The notes beneath the pieces were generated by a model, which had not been told where the DNA came from, searched no databases, and saw only the letters and a list, made by a program, of their open reading frames with translations. Both the position numbers and the translations under genes were made by a program. DNA of 64,000 bases from NCBI GenBank assembly GCA_963766715.1, contig CAVYBH010000015.1:224001-288000 (forward strand), in the 5' to 3' direction. Positions 55,739-64,000 of the stretch are shown here, piece after piece (positions within the stretch are counted from its first letter, which is position 1; each line of letters starts with the position of its first letter). The DNA is from an uncultured delta proteobacterium (GTDB taxonomy: Bacteria > Myxococcota > Myxococcia > Myxococcales > Anaeromyxobacteraceae).

Positions 55739-56263
55739 TCACCTGGCCGGGAGCACCGCCTCCAGCTTCTTCTTCAGCTCGGCGGAGGTGGGCTCGACGC
55801 TCGAGTCGAGGTGCGCGACCACCTTGCCGGAGGGATCGACGAGGAACTTGTTGAAGTTCCAGGTCACCGCCCCGCCGTTCACGGGAAGGGTGGTCAGGTA
55901 CGCGTACAGCGGCGCCGCGCCGGCCCCCTTCACCGCGATCTTGGCGAAGAGCGGGAAGGTCGTCTTGTAGCGCGCCTCGCAGAACTTCTTGATCTGGGCG
56001 TTCGAGCCCGGCTCCTGCGCGCCGAAGTCGTTCGACGGGAAGGCCAGCACCTCGAATCCCCGCGCGCGGTAGGCCTGGTAGAGCTCCTCGAGCCCCTTGT
56101 ACTGCGGGGTGTACCCGCACTCGGAGGCCGTGTTCACGAGCAGGAGCGCCTTGCCCTTGTACTGGGAGAGCGAGACCTCCTTCCCGTCGATGGTGGTCAC
56201 CTGGAAGTCGTGGACGCTCATCGGGGCACCTGCCAGCAGGAGGGAGAGAAGGGCGGCGTTCAT
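55739..56263 (-). CDS. glutathione peroxidase family (Cys-type)
   Basis: VNTASECG, LAFPSNDFGAQEPG, WNFNKFLV. Confidence 0.9.
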   Translation of the reverse strand: MNAALLSLLLAGAPMSVHDFQVTTIDGKEVSLSQYKGKALLLVNTASECGYTPQYKGLEELYQAYRARGFEVLAFPSNDFGAQEPGSNAQIKKFCEARYKTTFPLFAKIAVKGAGAAPLYAYLTTLPVNGGAVTWNFNKFLVDPSGKVVAHLDSSVEPTSAELKKKLEAVLPAR

Positions 56264-56316
56264 GGCGGGGAGCTAACCGGGGCGGGTATGCTGCGCCAGC
56301 CCCGGACTCCTGCCTC

Positions 56317-57400
56317 GTGATCGCCCTCTACCTCTCCGGCCACGGCTACGGCCACATGACCCGGGCCTGCGAGGTGCTCGCCGAGCTGCGCCGGCGGGAT
56401 CCGTCGGTCCCCCTCGCCGTGGTCGGCTCGGTCCCCGAGCGGCTGGTGCGGCGGGCCGTCCCGGGGCCGCTCACGTTCCGGACGGCCGCCTGCGACGTGG
56501 GGCTCGTCCAGCACGACGCCCTCCGCATCGACGAGGCGGCCACGGCCGCCCGGTGCCGGGAGTTCGAGTCCACCTGGGACGCGCGGGTCGAGGCAGAGGC
56601 GGGCTTCCTGCGCGAGGCCCGGGTCGGCCTGGTGGTCGGCGACATCCCCGCCCTCGCCTTCGCGGCGGCCGCGCGCGCCGGGGTCCCCTCGGTGGGGCTC
56701 GGGAACTTCTCCTGGGACTGGATCTACCGGCACCTGTCCGTCCGGGAGCCCGGCCTGGCCGCGTCGGCCGCGCTCGCCGCGTCGGCCTACCGCCAGGCGT
56801 CGCTCCTCCTCGAGCTCCCCTTCGCCGGAGACCTGTCGGCGTTCGCGCACCGGGAGCCGGTCGGCCTGGTGGCCCGGCGCCCCAGGGTGGCCCGCGCGGA
56901 GGCGCGCCGCCGGCTCGGCCTCGACGATCGGACCGCGGTCCTCCTCTCCTTCGGCGGCGTGGGGCCGCCCGCTCTCCCCCGGGACGCGACGCCCGCCGCC
57001 GGCGACCTCCGCTGGCTGCGGCCGGAGGACGTCGACCATCGGCTGGAGGCGCTCGATCTCACCTTTCCCGACGCGGTGGCGGCGGTGGACGTGGTGGTGA
57101 CGAAGCCCGGGTACGGCATCGTCTCCGACGCCATCGCCGCGGGAACCCGGGTCGTCTACACCGAGCGGGGCGACTTCCCCGAGTACCCGATCCTCGTGGA
57201 AGGGATGAGCCGCCACCTGGCCTGCACCCACGTCTCGAACGCCGACCTGCTGGCCGGGCGGATCGTGGAGCCGGTGCGACGAGTCCTCCGGCTGCCGATC
57301 CCGCCGCCCCCGGAGATGGAGGGCGCGACCCGGGCGGCGAGCCGCCTGCTCGAGTCATATCCACCGGGGCGGCGTGGCGCCGGGGATTCGCTCCGGATAG
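56317..57400 (+). CDS. GT-B fold protein resembling the N-terminal domain of plant L-arabinokinase
   Basis: YLSGHGYGHMTR, CDVGLVQHDAL, VVGDIP, NFSWDWIY, LLSFGG, VTKPGYGIVS, RGDFPE. The 3' end is uncertain. Confidence 0.65.
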
Positions 57401-57408
57401 ACCCGGGC

Positions 57409-57750
57409 ATGCCCGTCATCCTGGCCGTCCGCGACCTCGTCTTCCGCTCCAAGATCCTCGCCGCCGCCGAGCGGCTCGGCGCCGACGTGAAGCTCGCGCC
57501 GCGCGGCACCCCGCTCGAGCAGGCGGCGCGCGACCTCGGCCCGGGCACCCTCGTCCTCGACCTCGGCGAGCCCGGCGTCGTCGACCAGGTGCCTGCCGCG
57601 AAGGTCGCCGGCGCGACCCGGGTCGTCGGATTCCTCGGCCACCTCCAGGCCGACCTGATGGACGCGTCGCGCAGGGCCGGGGTCGACGAGGTGCTCACCC
57701 GCGGCCAGTTCGTTCAGCGGCTCGACGACATCCTGCGCGGCACCGCCTGA
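57409..57750 (+). CDS. atypical receiver-like small protein
   Basis: ILAVRDLVFRSKI, LVLDL, VGFLGH, AGVDEVLTRGQF; in frame with the upstream ORF in this assembly. Confidence 0.55.
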   Translation: MPVILAVRDLVFRSKILAAAERLGADVKLAPRGTPLEQAARDLGPGTLVLDLGEPGVVDQVPAAKVAGATRVVGFLGHLQADLMDASRRAGVDEVLTRGQFVQRLDDILRGTA

Positions 57751-57850
57751 TCCGTTCGGACTGCACCCGAATGGGTGGGGTCAGGACGAAGGAAATGCTT
57801 ACCGAACGCCTCCTTCGCATGATTTCGCGCTCCATGAGAGGGGCCTCATC

Positions 57851-58818
57851 ATGCTGGCAGGTTCGCGGTCGTCTCCGGCGAAGCTCCTTCCCGTAGGGCT
57901 CGCCGCGGCGAGGAACTTCGGGAGCTTCGAGGAGCTCGCCACCTGGGCGCCGGCCTGGAACGAGTCGGAGATCCAGCTCGGGCGGGGCAGGTTCCGGGGC
58001 AGGCTGGTCGTCGCCCACACCGCGCGGATCCAGCTCGCCCTCGTGGTGCGCCGGCCGGGCGTCCTGTGCCGCGGCACGCCGCCTCCGGGAACCCGGGTGG
58101 TCGGACTCTGCCTGTCGGCGGGGCCCGCCTTCCTCCAGGGGCGGCCGTTCCGCCGCGGCGACGTCCCGGTGATCCTCGGGGGAATGCCCTACGAGTTCCG
58201 CGCGCCCGGCGCGCACCTCGTCTTCCTGCTGGCGGTGGAGGAGTTGCTGCTTGTCCCGGCATGCGGCCTCGCGGGGGCGCCCCCAGGCCTTCGACGTGGA
58301 CGGGTGGATGCGCCTCCGGGACGGCGAGGCCGGGCGCGCGCTCGGGCGCGCCTGGTACGGCGAGCTTCGGCGGGCGCTGCGGGACGCCGGGGGCGCTCGT
58401 CGATCCGGTCACCTCCTCCCGCTTCGAGGACGCCGTCCTCGACGCGCTGCTCGACGCCACCACCGAGCTCCCCTCCGCGGGCCGGCCGGCGACGCGGACC
58501 GATCCGCTGCGGCGGGCCGAGGAGTACCTCACGGCGCACCTCGCCGAGCCAGTGACGGTCAGTGAACTATCCCGGGCCGTCGGCGTCCCGGTGCGCACCC
58601 TCCACAGCGGCTTCCGCCGGTCGCTCGGCCTCCCCCCCAAGACCTACGGCAGGGTGCTGCGCCTCAACGCCGCCCGCGTCGACCTGCGCAAGGCCGGGCC
58701 GGGCGTGACGGTGAGCCAGGTGGCGATCCGCTGGGGCTTCTTCCACCTCGGCAACTTCGCGGCCGACTACCGCCGGATGTTCGGCGAGAGCCCGTCGGAG
58801 ACGCTGCGCCCCGGCTGA
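57851..58818 (+). CDS. AraC-family regulator (EutR-like), frameshifted
   Basis: QLGRGRFRG N-terminal domain; VSELSRAVGVPVRTL, LRLNAAR, WGFFHLGNFAADYRRMFGESPSETL. Confidence 0.85.
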
Positions 58819-59436
58819 TCAGGGACGCTCGACCTCGACCGCCTCGACCCAGACCTGCTCGCAGGCGCCCGAGCCGACGTCGTCCCGGGACAGGCTGGTG
58901 GGCGACTGGAAGGCGGTGCGCCCGGCGCGGTCCCGGATCACCACGTCGACGAGCTTGCCTCGGAGCGTCACCAGGTCGCCCTCGCGGATCCGCTTCATCT
59001 CCCGGGCCACCTCGTCCGACGCGGGCACCAGGTGGTGGTTCGCCACGTGGCGCTCGATGACCTGCTGCCCGGGAAAGGCCCCACCGCCGTCGTGCCACCA
59101 GCTGACGTACCGGCCGGAGAGGTGGAACTTCATGTGCGCCAGCACCTCGGGGGTGGCGACCGGGCCCCAGGCGAGGGCCAGGTCCATGGGGAGGACGAAG
59201 TCCCACTGATCGAGCAGCGTCCGGCTGGTGTCGACCGCGTAGCCGGTGATGCGGTAGCCGGCGCGCGGCGTGAGGGTGACGTGGTGCTCCTTGGCCTCGA
59301 ACTCGATGGGCGCCTCCCCGGCGAGCGCCACCTGCTCCGGCTCCGCCGCGGCGCGGGCCGGATCGACGCGGGCGCGCCAGTCCCGGCAGCCGGCGAGGAC
59401 GAGGAGCGCGGCCAGTGCCAGCCGGCGCGCGATCAT
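58819..59436 (-). CDS. hypothetical lipoprotein
   Basis: Lipobox LVLAG-C; PMDLALAWG, ANHHLVPA, SLSRDDVGSGACE. Confidence 0.65.
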   Translation of the reverse strand: MIARRLALAALLVLAGCRDWRARVDPARAAAEPEQVALAGEAPIEFEAKEHHVTLTPRAGYRITGYAVDTSRTLLDQWDFVLPMDLALAWGPVATPEVLAHMKFHLSGRYVSWWHDGGGAFPGQQVIERHVANHHLVPASDEVAREMKRIREGDLVTLRGKLVDVVIRDRAGRTAFQSPTSLSRDDVGSGACEQVWVEAVEVERP

Positions 59437-59864
59437 GGGAGGCGGAGCACCATGCAGGCGGCCGAGGCGGGACAGAGCGACCGGAACTGGTCCCCCTCCC
59501 GGATCGAGGCGGGCACGAGCTCCCTCGGCACGTCCACGAAGCCGGCCCGGAGCGCCCGCTCTCGAACGGTGGTGGTGAGCAGGAAGAGGCGCCGGACCCC
59601 GAGCGCGGCGGCCTCCTTCACGGCGCGATCGTGCAGCGCCGCTCCCAGCCCCCGGCGGCGCTGGCCCGGGGCGACCGCGAAGGATCGCAGGAGCCCGTCC
59701 TGCCCGTGGACCTCGAACCCGATGCAGCCCAGGAGCTCCGCCCCGCTGCGGGCGACGAGGAAGCGCTGCCCGGGCCGACCGACGTCGTCGTCCTGCAGGG
59801 CGCAGGCCCGCAGGAGCGCGCGGATCTCCGGCAGGTCCCCGTCCGAGGCCCATCCGATGTCCAT
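59433..59864 (-). CDS. GNAT N-acetyltransferase (ArsN2/ArgA-like)
   Basis: GLLRSFAV, RRRGLG, LFLLTTT, QFRSLCPASA. Confidence 0.75.
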   Translation of the reverse strand: MDIGWASDGDLPEIRALLRACALQDDDVGRPGQRFLVARSGAELLGCIGFEVHGQDGLLRSFAVAPGQRRRGLGAALHDRAVKEAAALGVRRLFLLTTTVRERALRAGFVDVPRELVPASIREGDQFRSLCPASAACMVLRLP

Positions 59865-59923
59865 GCGCCACCATACCCCGACGCCCCTCGGCACCGCGCC
59901 CCGAAGCGGGTTAACCTCCGGCC

Positions 59924-60679
59924 GTGCGCCTCGACACCTATGGCTGGCTGGTCCTCCTGGAGATCGCGCTGGCCGTCCCCACCCTGCTCTCGCTCGTCTT
60001 CATCCCCGCCCCCTACGGCCGTCACGAGCGGAAGGGCTGGGGCCCCACCATCCCCGCGCGGGTCGGCTGGATCGTCATGGAGAGCCCGGCGGTCTGGTTC
60101 TTCGCCTGGGTCTACTTCCAGGGCCCGAACGCGCTGCGGCCGGTGCCGCTCGTGCTGCTCGCCCTCTGGCAGCTCCACTACCTGTACCGGGCCTTCGTCT
60201 TCCCCTTCCTGCTGCGGGCCGAGGGGCGGCGCATGCCGGTCACGGTGGCCGCCATGGCCTTCCTCTTCAACCTGCTCAACAACTGGATCAATGCCCGCTG
60301 GATCTCGGCGATGGGCGACTATCCCGCCGGCTGGCTCTCCTCCACCCCGTTCCTGGTGGGCTCCGCGCTCTTCCTGGGGGGCTTCGCGCTCAACGTGACC
60401 TCCGACCGGACCCTGCGGAACCTCCGGGCCCCCGGGGAGACCGGCTACCGGATCCCCCGAGGCGGCGCCTTCGAGCTCGTCACCGCCCCCAACTACCTGG
60501 GCGAGATCATCGAATGGACCGGCTGGGCCATCCTGACCTGGTCGCCCGCCGGCCTGGCCTTCGCCGTCTACACCTTCGCCAACCTGGCCCCCCGCGCCGT
60601 CTCTCACCATCGCTGGTACCGGGAGCGCTTTCCCGACTACCCTGCGGGACGCAAGGCCTTCATCCCCTTCCTCCTCTAG
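59924..60679 (+). CDS. 3-oxo-5-alpha-steroid 4-dehydrogenase (steroid 5-alpha-reductase, SRD5A/DET2-like)
   Basis: APYGRH, GWIVMESP, HYLYRA, SDRTLRNLR, YRIPRGG, PNYLGEIIEW, NLAPRA..HHRWY, RKAFIPF. Confidence 0.9.
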   Translation: MRLDTYGWLVLLEIALAVPTLLSLVFIPAPYGRHERKGWGPTIPARVGWIVMESPAVWFFAWVYFQGPNALRPVPLVLLALWQLHYLYRAFVFPFLLRAEGRRMPVTVAAMAFLFNLLNNWINARWISAMGDYPAGWLSSTPFLVGSALFLGGFALNVTSDRTLRNLRAPGETGYRIPRGGAFELVTAPNYLGEIIEWTGWAILTWSPAGLAFAVYTFANLAPRAVSHHRWYRERFPDYPAGRKAFIPFLL

Positions 60680-60690
60680 GTGGACAAAGA

Positions 60691-61644
60691 GTGAAGATCC
60701 TCCTCACCGGACCCTTCGGCAACATCGGTTCCCACGTCATCCCCGAGCTGCTCCGCGAGGGGCACCAGGTCCGCGCCTTCGACCTGGACACCCCGGCGAC
60801 CCGCAAGGCGGCCCGCGACCTCGGCAAGAAGGTCGAGCCGGTCTGGGGCGACGTCCGCGACGCCCGGGCGGTCGCGCGGGCGGTCGAGGAGATGGACGCG
60901 GTGCTGCACCTGGCCGCGGTCATCCCCCCCGGGTCGGACGAGGACCCCGAGCGCACCCGGGCCGTGAACGTGCAGGGCACCGCGAACGTGGTGCAGGCCA
61001 TCCAGGGGCGCTCGCGCAAGCCGAAGCTCCTCCTCACCTCGACCTTCGACGTGCACGGCCACACGCTCCAGAAGCCGCCGCCCCGGCGGGTCGACGACCC
61101 CGTGGTGGGGACCGATCCGTACACGGAGAGCAAGATCGCGTCGGAGGCGCTGGTGCGCGAGTCGGGGCTGGACTGGTGCATCTTCCGGTTCACCGACGTG
61201 CCGATCATCGGCCTGCGCGACCCGCACCCGATCATGTTCGAGATCGGGCTCGACAACCGCATCGAGGCCCTCCACCCCGACGACGCCGCCACCGCGGTGG
61301 CCCGGGCGCTGCGGACGCCGGCGGTGTGGGGGCGCACCCTCTTCGTGGGCGGCGGAGCCTCCTGCCAGCTCACCTACCGCGAGTACCTCACCCGCATGCT
61401 CCGGGCCATGGGCATGGACATGCTGCCCGACGAGGCCTTCAGCGACGCCGAGTACCCCACCGACTGGGTGGACAGCGAGGAGTCGCAGCGCCTGCTCCGG
61501 TACCAGCGGCACAGCTTCGACGACATCACGGCCGACATCGCGAAGTGCCTGGGGTGGAAGAAGGCCTTCGTCCCCATGGCCTCGCCGATGGTCCGCAAGA
61601 AGATGCTGGAGATGTCGCCCTACTGGAAGCAGCGGCAGCGGTAG
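60691..61644 (+). CDS. extended SDR (epimerase/dehydratase or 3beta-HSD-like)
   Basis: TGPFGNIG, WGDV, HLAAVIPP, YTESK (YxxxK). Confidence 0.8.
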   Translation: MKILLTGPFGNIGSHVIPELLREGHQVRAFDLDTPATRKAARDLGKKVEPVWGDVRDARAVARAVEEMDAVLHLAAVIPPGSDEDPERTRAVNVQGTANVVQAIQGRSRKPKLLLTSTFDVHGHTLQKPPPRRVDDPVVGTDPYTESKIASEALVRESGLDWCIFRFTDVPIIGLRDPHPIMFEIGLDNRIEALHPDDAATAVARALRTPAVWGRTLFVGGGASCQLTYREYLTRMLRAMGMDMLPDEAFSDAEYPTDWVDSEESQRLLRYQRHSFDDITADIAKCLGWKKAFVPMASPMVRKKMLEMSPYWKQRQR

Positions 61645-61680
61645 TCGAGCCGCCGCCGCGCTTCCCGGGCCGCCGGCCGC

Positions 61681-62463
61681 CTACTCGCCCGCGGCGGTCT
61701 TGTGGTGGGCGTGGCCGTGCGAGTGGGCCGACGCGATGTGCGGCTTCCCGTGGCGCCCCGGAAGCACCTTGGCCGGGCGCGCGCCCGGGCCGGCCGGGAT
61801 GGCGTCGTCGGGGGGCTTCGTCGCGAAGACGCGGTTGACGATCGGCGCCATGAGACCCAGGCTGGTGGCCGCCAGCTTGCGCAGCGGGTTGCGCGAGGCC
61901 TCGCCGTTGGGGAGCGGCTGGCTCCAGGCCTTCCCGAGCAGGTCCATGTACATCCCCACGGTCTGCCCCGCGGTGGCGAAGTCGAGCGTGGAGAGGATCT
62001 CGTCGGCCAGGCCGAACGGCATGGACGTCATGATGGGGCCGCGCATGTACTCGGTGGCCCAGACGCCGTCGGTGAAGTTCATGGCGCGAGCCTGGCCGGG
62101 TCCCACCCAGACGCGGTCGCCCGGCTTGTAGATCCGCTTCTCGAACTGCCCCTCGCCGAAGTAGTGCATCTCGCCGTCGATGACGGTGTCCCAGAAGCCG
62201 ACCGCGTGGCGCCCCGAGTGCCCCTCGGAGCCGATGGGGGTGCCCCAGATCATGAGGTATTCCATCGACGACGCGAAGTAGAGCTTCATCTGGATCATCG
62301 CGCCGCCGGCGATGCTGTACATCCAGGGCTGCGAGCGGTCAATCCGGCCCGGGTAGGCATCCTCCCAGGCGTCGGCGATGGCGTCGAACATCTCGGGCTT
62401 GGGCTTGCCGATCCCCTGCAGGGAACACTCGTGGATGACGTCGGCGTCGAAGATGTAGTCCAT
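61681..62463 (-). CDS. ERG2 / sigma-1 receptor family protein (C-8 sterol isomerase-like)
   Basis: AGGAM...YFASSMEYLMIWGTPIGSEGHSGRH...DTVIDG...YKPGD...GPGQA...WATEYMRG...PFGLADEILSTLDF follows the ERG2/Sigma1R motif order. Confidence 0.88.
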   Translation of the reverse strand: MDYIFDADVIHECSLQGIGKPKPEMFDAIADAWEDAYPGRIDRSQPWMYSIAGGAMIQMKLYFASSMEYLMIWGTPIGSEGHSGRHAVGFWDTVIDGEMHYFGEGQFEKRIYKPGDRVWVGPGQARAMNFTDGVWATEYMRGPIMTSMPFGLADEILSTLDFATAGQTVGMYMDLLGKAWSQPLPNGEASRNPLRKLAATSLGLMAPIVNRVFATKPPDDAIPAGPGARPAKVLPGRHGKPHIASAHSHGHAHHKTAAGE

Positions 62464-62541
62464 GGCCAGGCTCCGGTGGGGTGGGAGAAGGCCGGGATTC
62501 TACAACGCCTCGACGCAGTGTGTCGAAGCCCCCGGTACGGG

Positions 62542-63577
62542 TCAGGCCCTCCCCGGGCGGCGGGGCGGGATGGGCCGGTTGAGGGGGCTGTCCGGGTGGG
62601 TCTTCATCCAGTCCCAGGCGTCCCGGAGCGTCTGCACGACCGGCCGCGGGGCATGGCCGAGCTCCTCGCGCGCCTTCCGGTCCCGGATCTCGAAGTCGAC
62701 GGCCAGGGTGTGCACCGCATAGGGGGTGAGGAGCGAGCGTCGCCCGGTGACCTTCTCGAAGACGGGCGCGAAGGCGGCGATCCCCGCGGCGACCCGGAGC
62801 GGGATGAAGACCCTCGGAGGCGTCCTCCCCGCCAGGCCGGCCAGGTTCCGCATCAGCTCGCGGACGGTCATGCGCTCCCCGGAGAGGAGGTAGCTCTCCC
62901 CCTTGCGCCCCCGCTCCGCGGCGAGCACGTGGCCGATGGCGACGTCGCGGACGTCGACGAAGTCGTAGCAGCCTTCCGTCCCCGCCGGCACGGGGAAGCG
63001 GGAGAACAGGACGATGACCTCCCCGATCTCGGAGAGCCGGTAGTCGTGGGGGCCGAGCACGTAGACCGGGTTCACGATCACCGCGTCCAGCCCGTCCCGG
63101 ACCGCGTCGAGCACGATCCGGGAGGCGGCGGCCTTGGCCTTGCCGTAGTCGCCGGGCGCGAGCGCCGGGTCGTAGCCGGCCTCCTCGGTGAGCACGCCCC
63201 CCTTGCCCGGCTCGGTGAGGGCGTGGACCGAGCTCGTGTAGACGAGCCGCCCCACCCCGGCCTCGCGCGCCGCCGCGACCACGTTCCGCGTCCCGTCGAC
63301 GTTCACGGTGCGTACGCTCTCGATGTCGAGCGAGCTGATGCTCACCACCCCGGCCAGGTGGAAGACCACGTCCGCCCCGGCGAAGGCCGCGGGCAGGGTC
63401 GTCGGGCCGCAGCACGTCGCCCTGCACCCGCTCCACGTCGAGGCCGGAGAGCGCGCGGGCCTCGTCGCCCGGCTGCACCAGCGCGCGAACCCGCTTCCCG
63501 CGCCGGAGGAGCTCGCGCACCAGCGCGTTGCCGAGGTGGCCGGTGGCCCCGGTGACGGTCGCGGTCTGGAAGTCCAT
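62542..63577 (-). CDS. extended SDR (HpnA/DFR/3beta-HSD-like), frameshift near 63400
   Basis: VTGATGHLG, VFHLAG, NVDGTRNV, YTSS, YGKAK (YxxxK), VNPVYVLGP, FVDVRDVA.GH. Confidence 0.85.
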
Positions 63578-63599
63578 GCGCGGGTTCGCTCCTCTTCCT

Positions 63600-64000
63600 T
63601 CAGGGCGAGGCCAGGAGGGCCTCGAGGGTTCGCTGCCGGTGGGCGAAGGTCCGCGCCATCTCGGGCCCCACGAAGAGCCGCTCGGCGATCGCGCCGAGGG
63701 GACCGAGGCCGACATCGTACTCGAGCAGGTCGCGAACCACCGTGCCCTCGCGCCCATCCACCCGGCGAGGCTCGAACTCGTGCCGGTGGGACCAGCGGCG
63801 GAAGGGTCCCCGCTCCTGGACGTCGGCGAAGTGGTGGTCGCGCTCGTACGAGACGATGCGGGCCACCCACTGGCTCCGGAGGGGCAGCGGCGGGAGCAGC
63901 CGCACCGAGACCACGATCTCGGTGCCGGCGCCGGCCTCCTCCGAGCCCGGGGAGGCGCCGGGCGGCGGCACCCGCACGATCCGCACGATCTCGGCCCCGA
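63600..64000 (-). CDS. SRPBCC (START-like) family protein, 5' end beyond window
   Basis: WVARI, FADVQERGPFRRWSHRHEF, GTVVRDLLEY, FAHRQRTL. Confidence 0.75.
   Translation of the reverse strand, partial: GAEIVRIVRVPPPGASPGSEEAGAGTEIVVSVRLLPPLPLRSQWVARIVSYERDHHFADVQERGPFRRWSHRHEFEPRRVDGREGTVVRDLLEYDVGLGPLGAIAERLFVGPEMARTFAHRQRTLEALLASP

Noticed and set aside
56117..56119. Possible selenocysteine in the glutathione peroxidase
   Set aside because: The active-site codon is TGC (Cys), not TGA.
59433..59864. Arsenic resistance operon around the ArsN2-like GNAT
   Set aside because: No arsR, arsC, acr3 or arsM nearby.

Overview
Very GC-rich bacterial DNA. The gene content (sigma54 regulators, split Wzc, eukaryote-like lipid enzymes) suggests Myxococcota/Anaeromyxobacter-like, which is an inference. 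About 60 CDSs; roughly 20 carry small indels, most likely long-read errors, so several boundaries are approximate. Layout: (1) 1-19.5 kb, a Wzx/Wzy exopolysaccharide locus bracketed by an Hpt protein, a receiver, an NtrC-type activator and a duplicated receiver, with five sigma54 -24/-12 promoters and a recurring YGTTCC-N5-GGAACR dyad; (2) 19.5-32 kb, a biotin-dependent carboxylase pair divergent from a Liv-type ABC transporter, acyl-CoA ligase and FabH; (3) 32.7-39.3 kb, an alanine-glyoxylate aminotransferase with glcDEF; (4) 39-59 kb, mixed redox, iron and stress genes (P-type ATPase, bfd-bfr with a perfect Fur box, nitrobindin-like, msrPQ, iorAB-like, CDGSH, ppk2, eukaryote-type alanine aminotransferase, GPx); (5) 59.9-64 kb, a candidate sterol-modifying cluster (SRD5A/DET2-like reductase, two extended SDRs, a TM-less ERG2/sigma-1 receptor homologue and an SRPBCC protein), which is the best candidate for an undescribed system. 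No rRNA, tRNA, CRISPR or mobile element was recognised.
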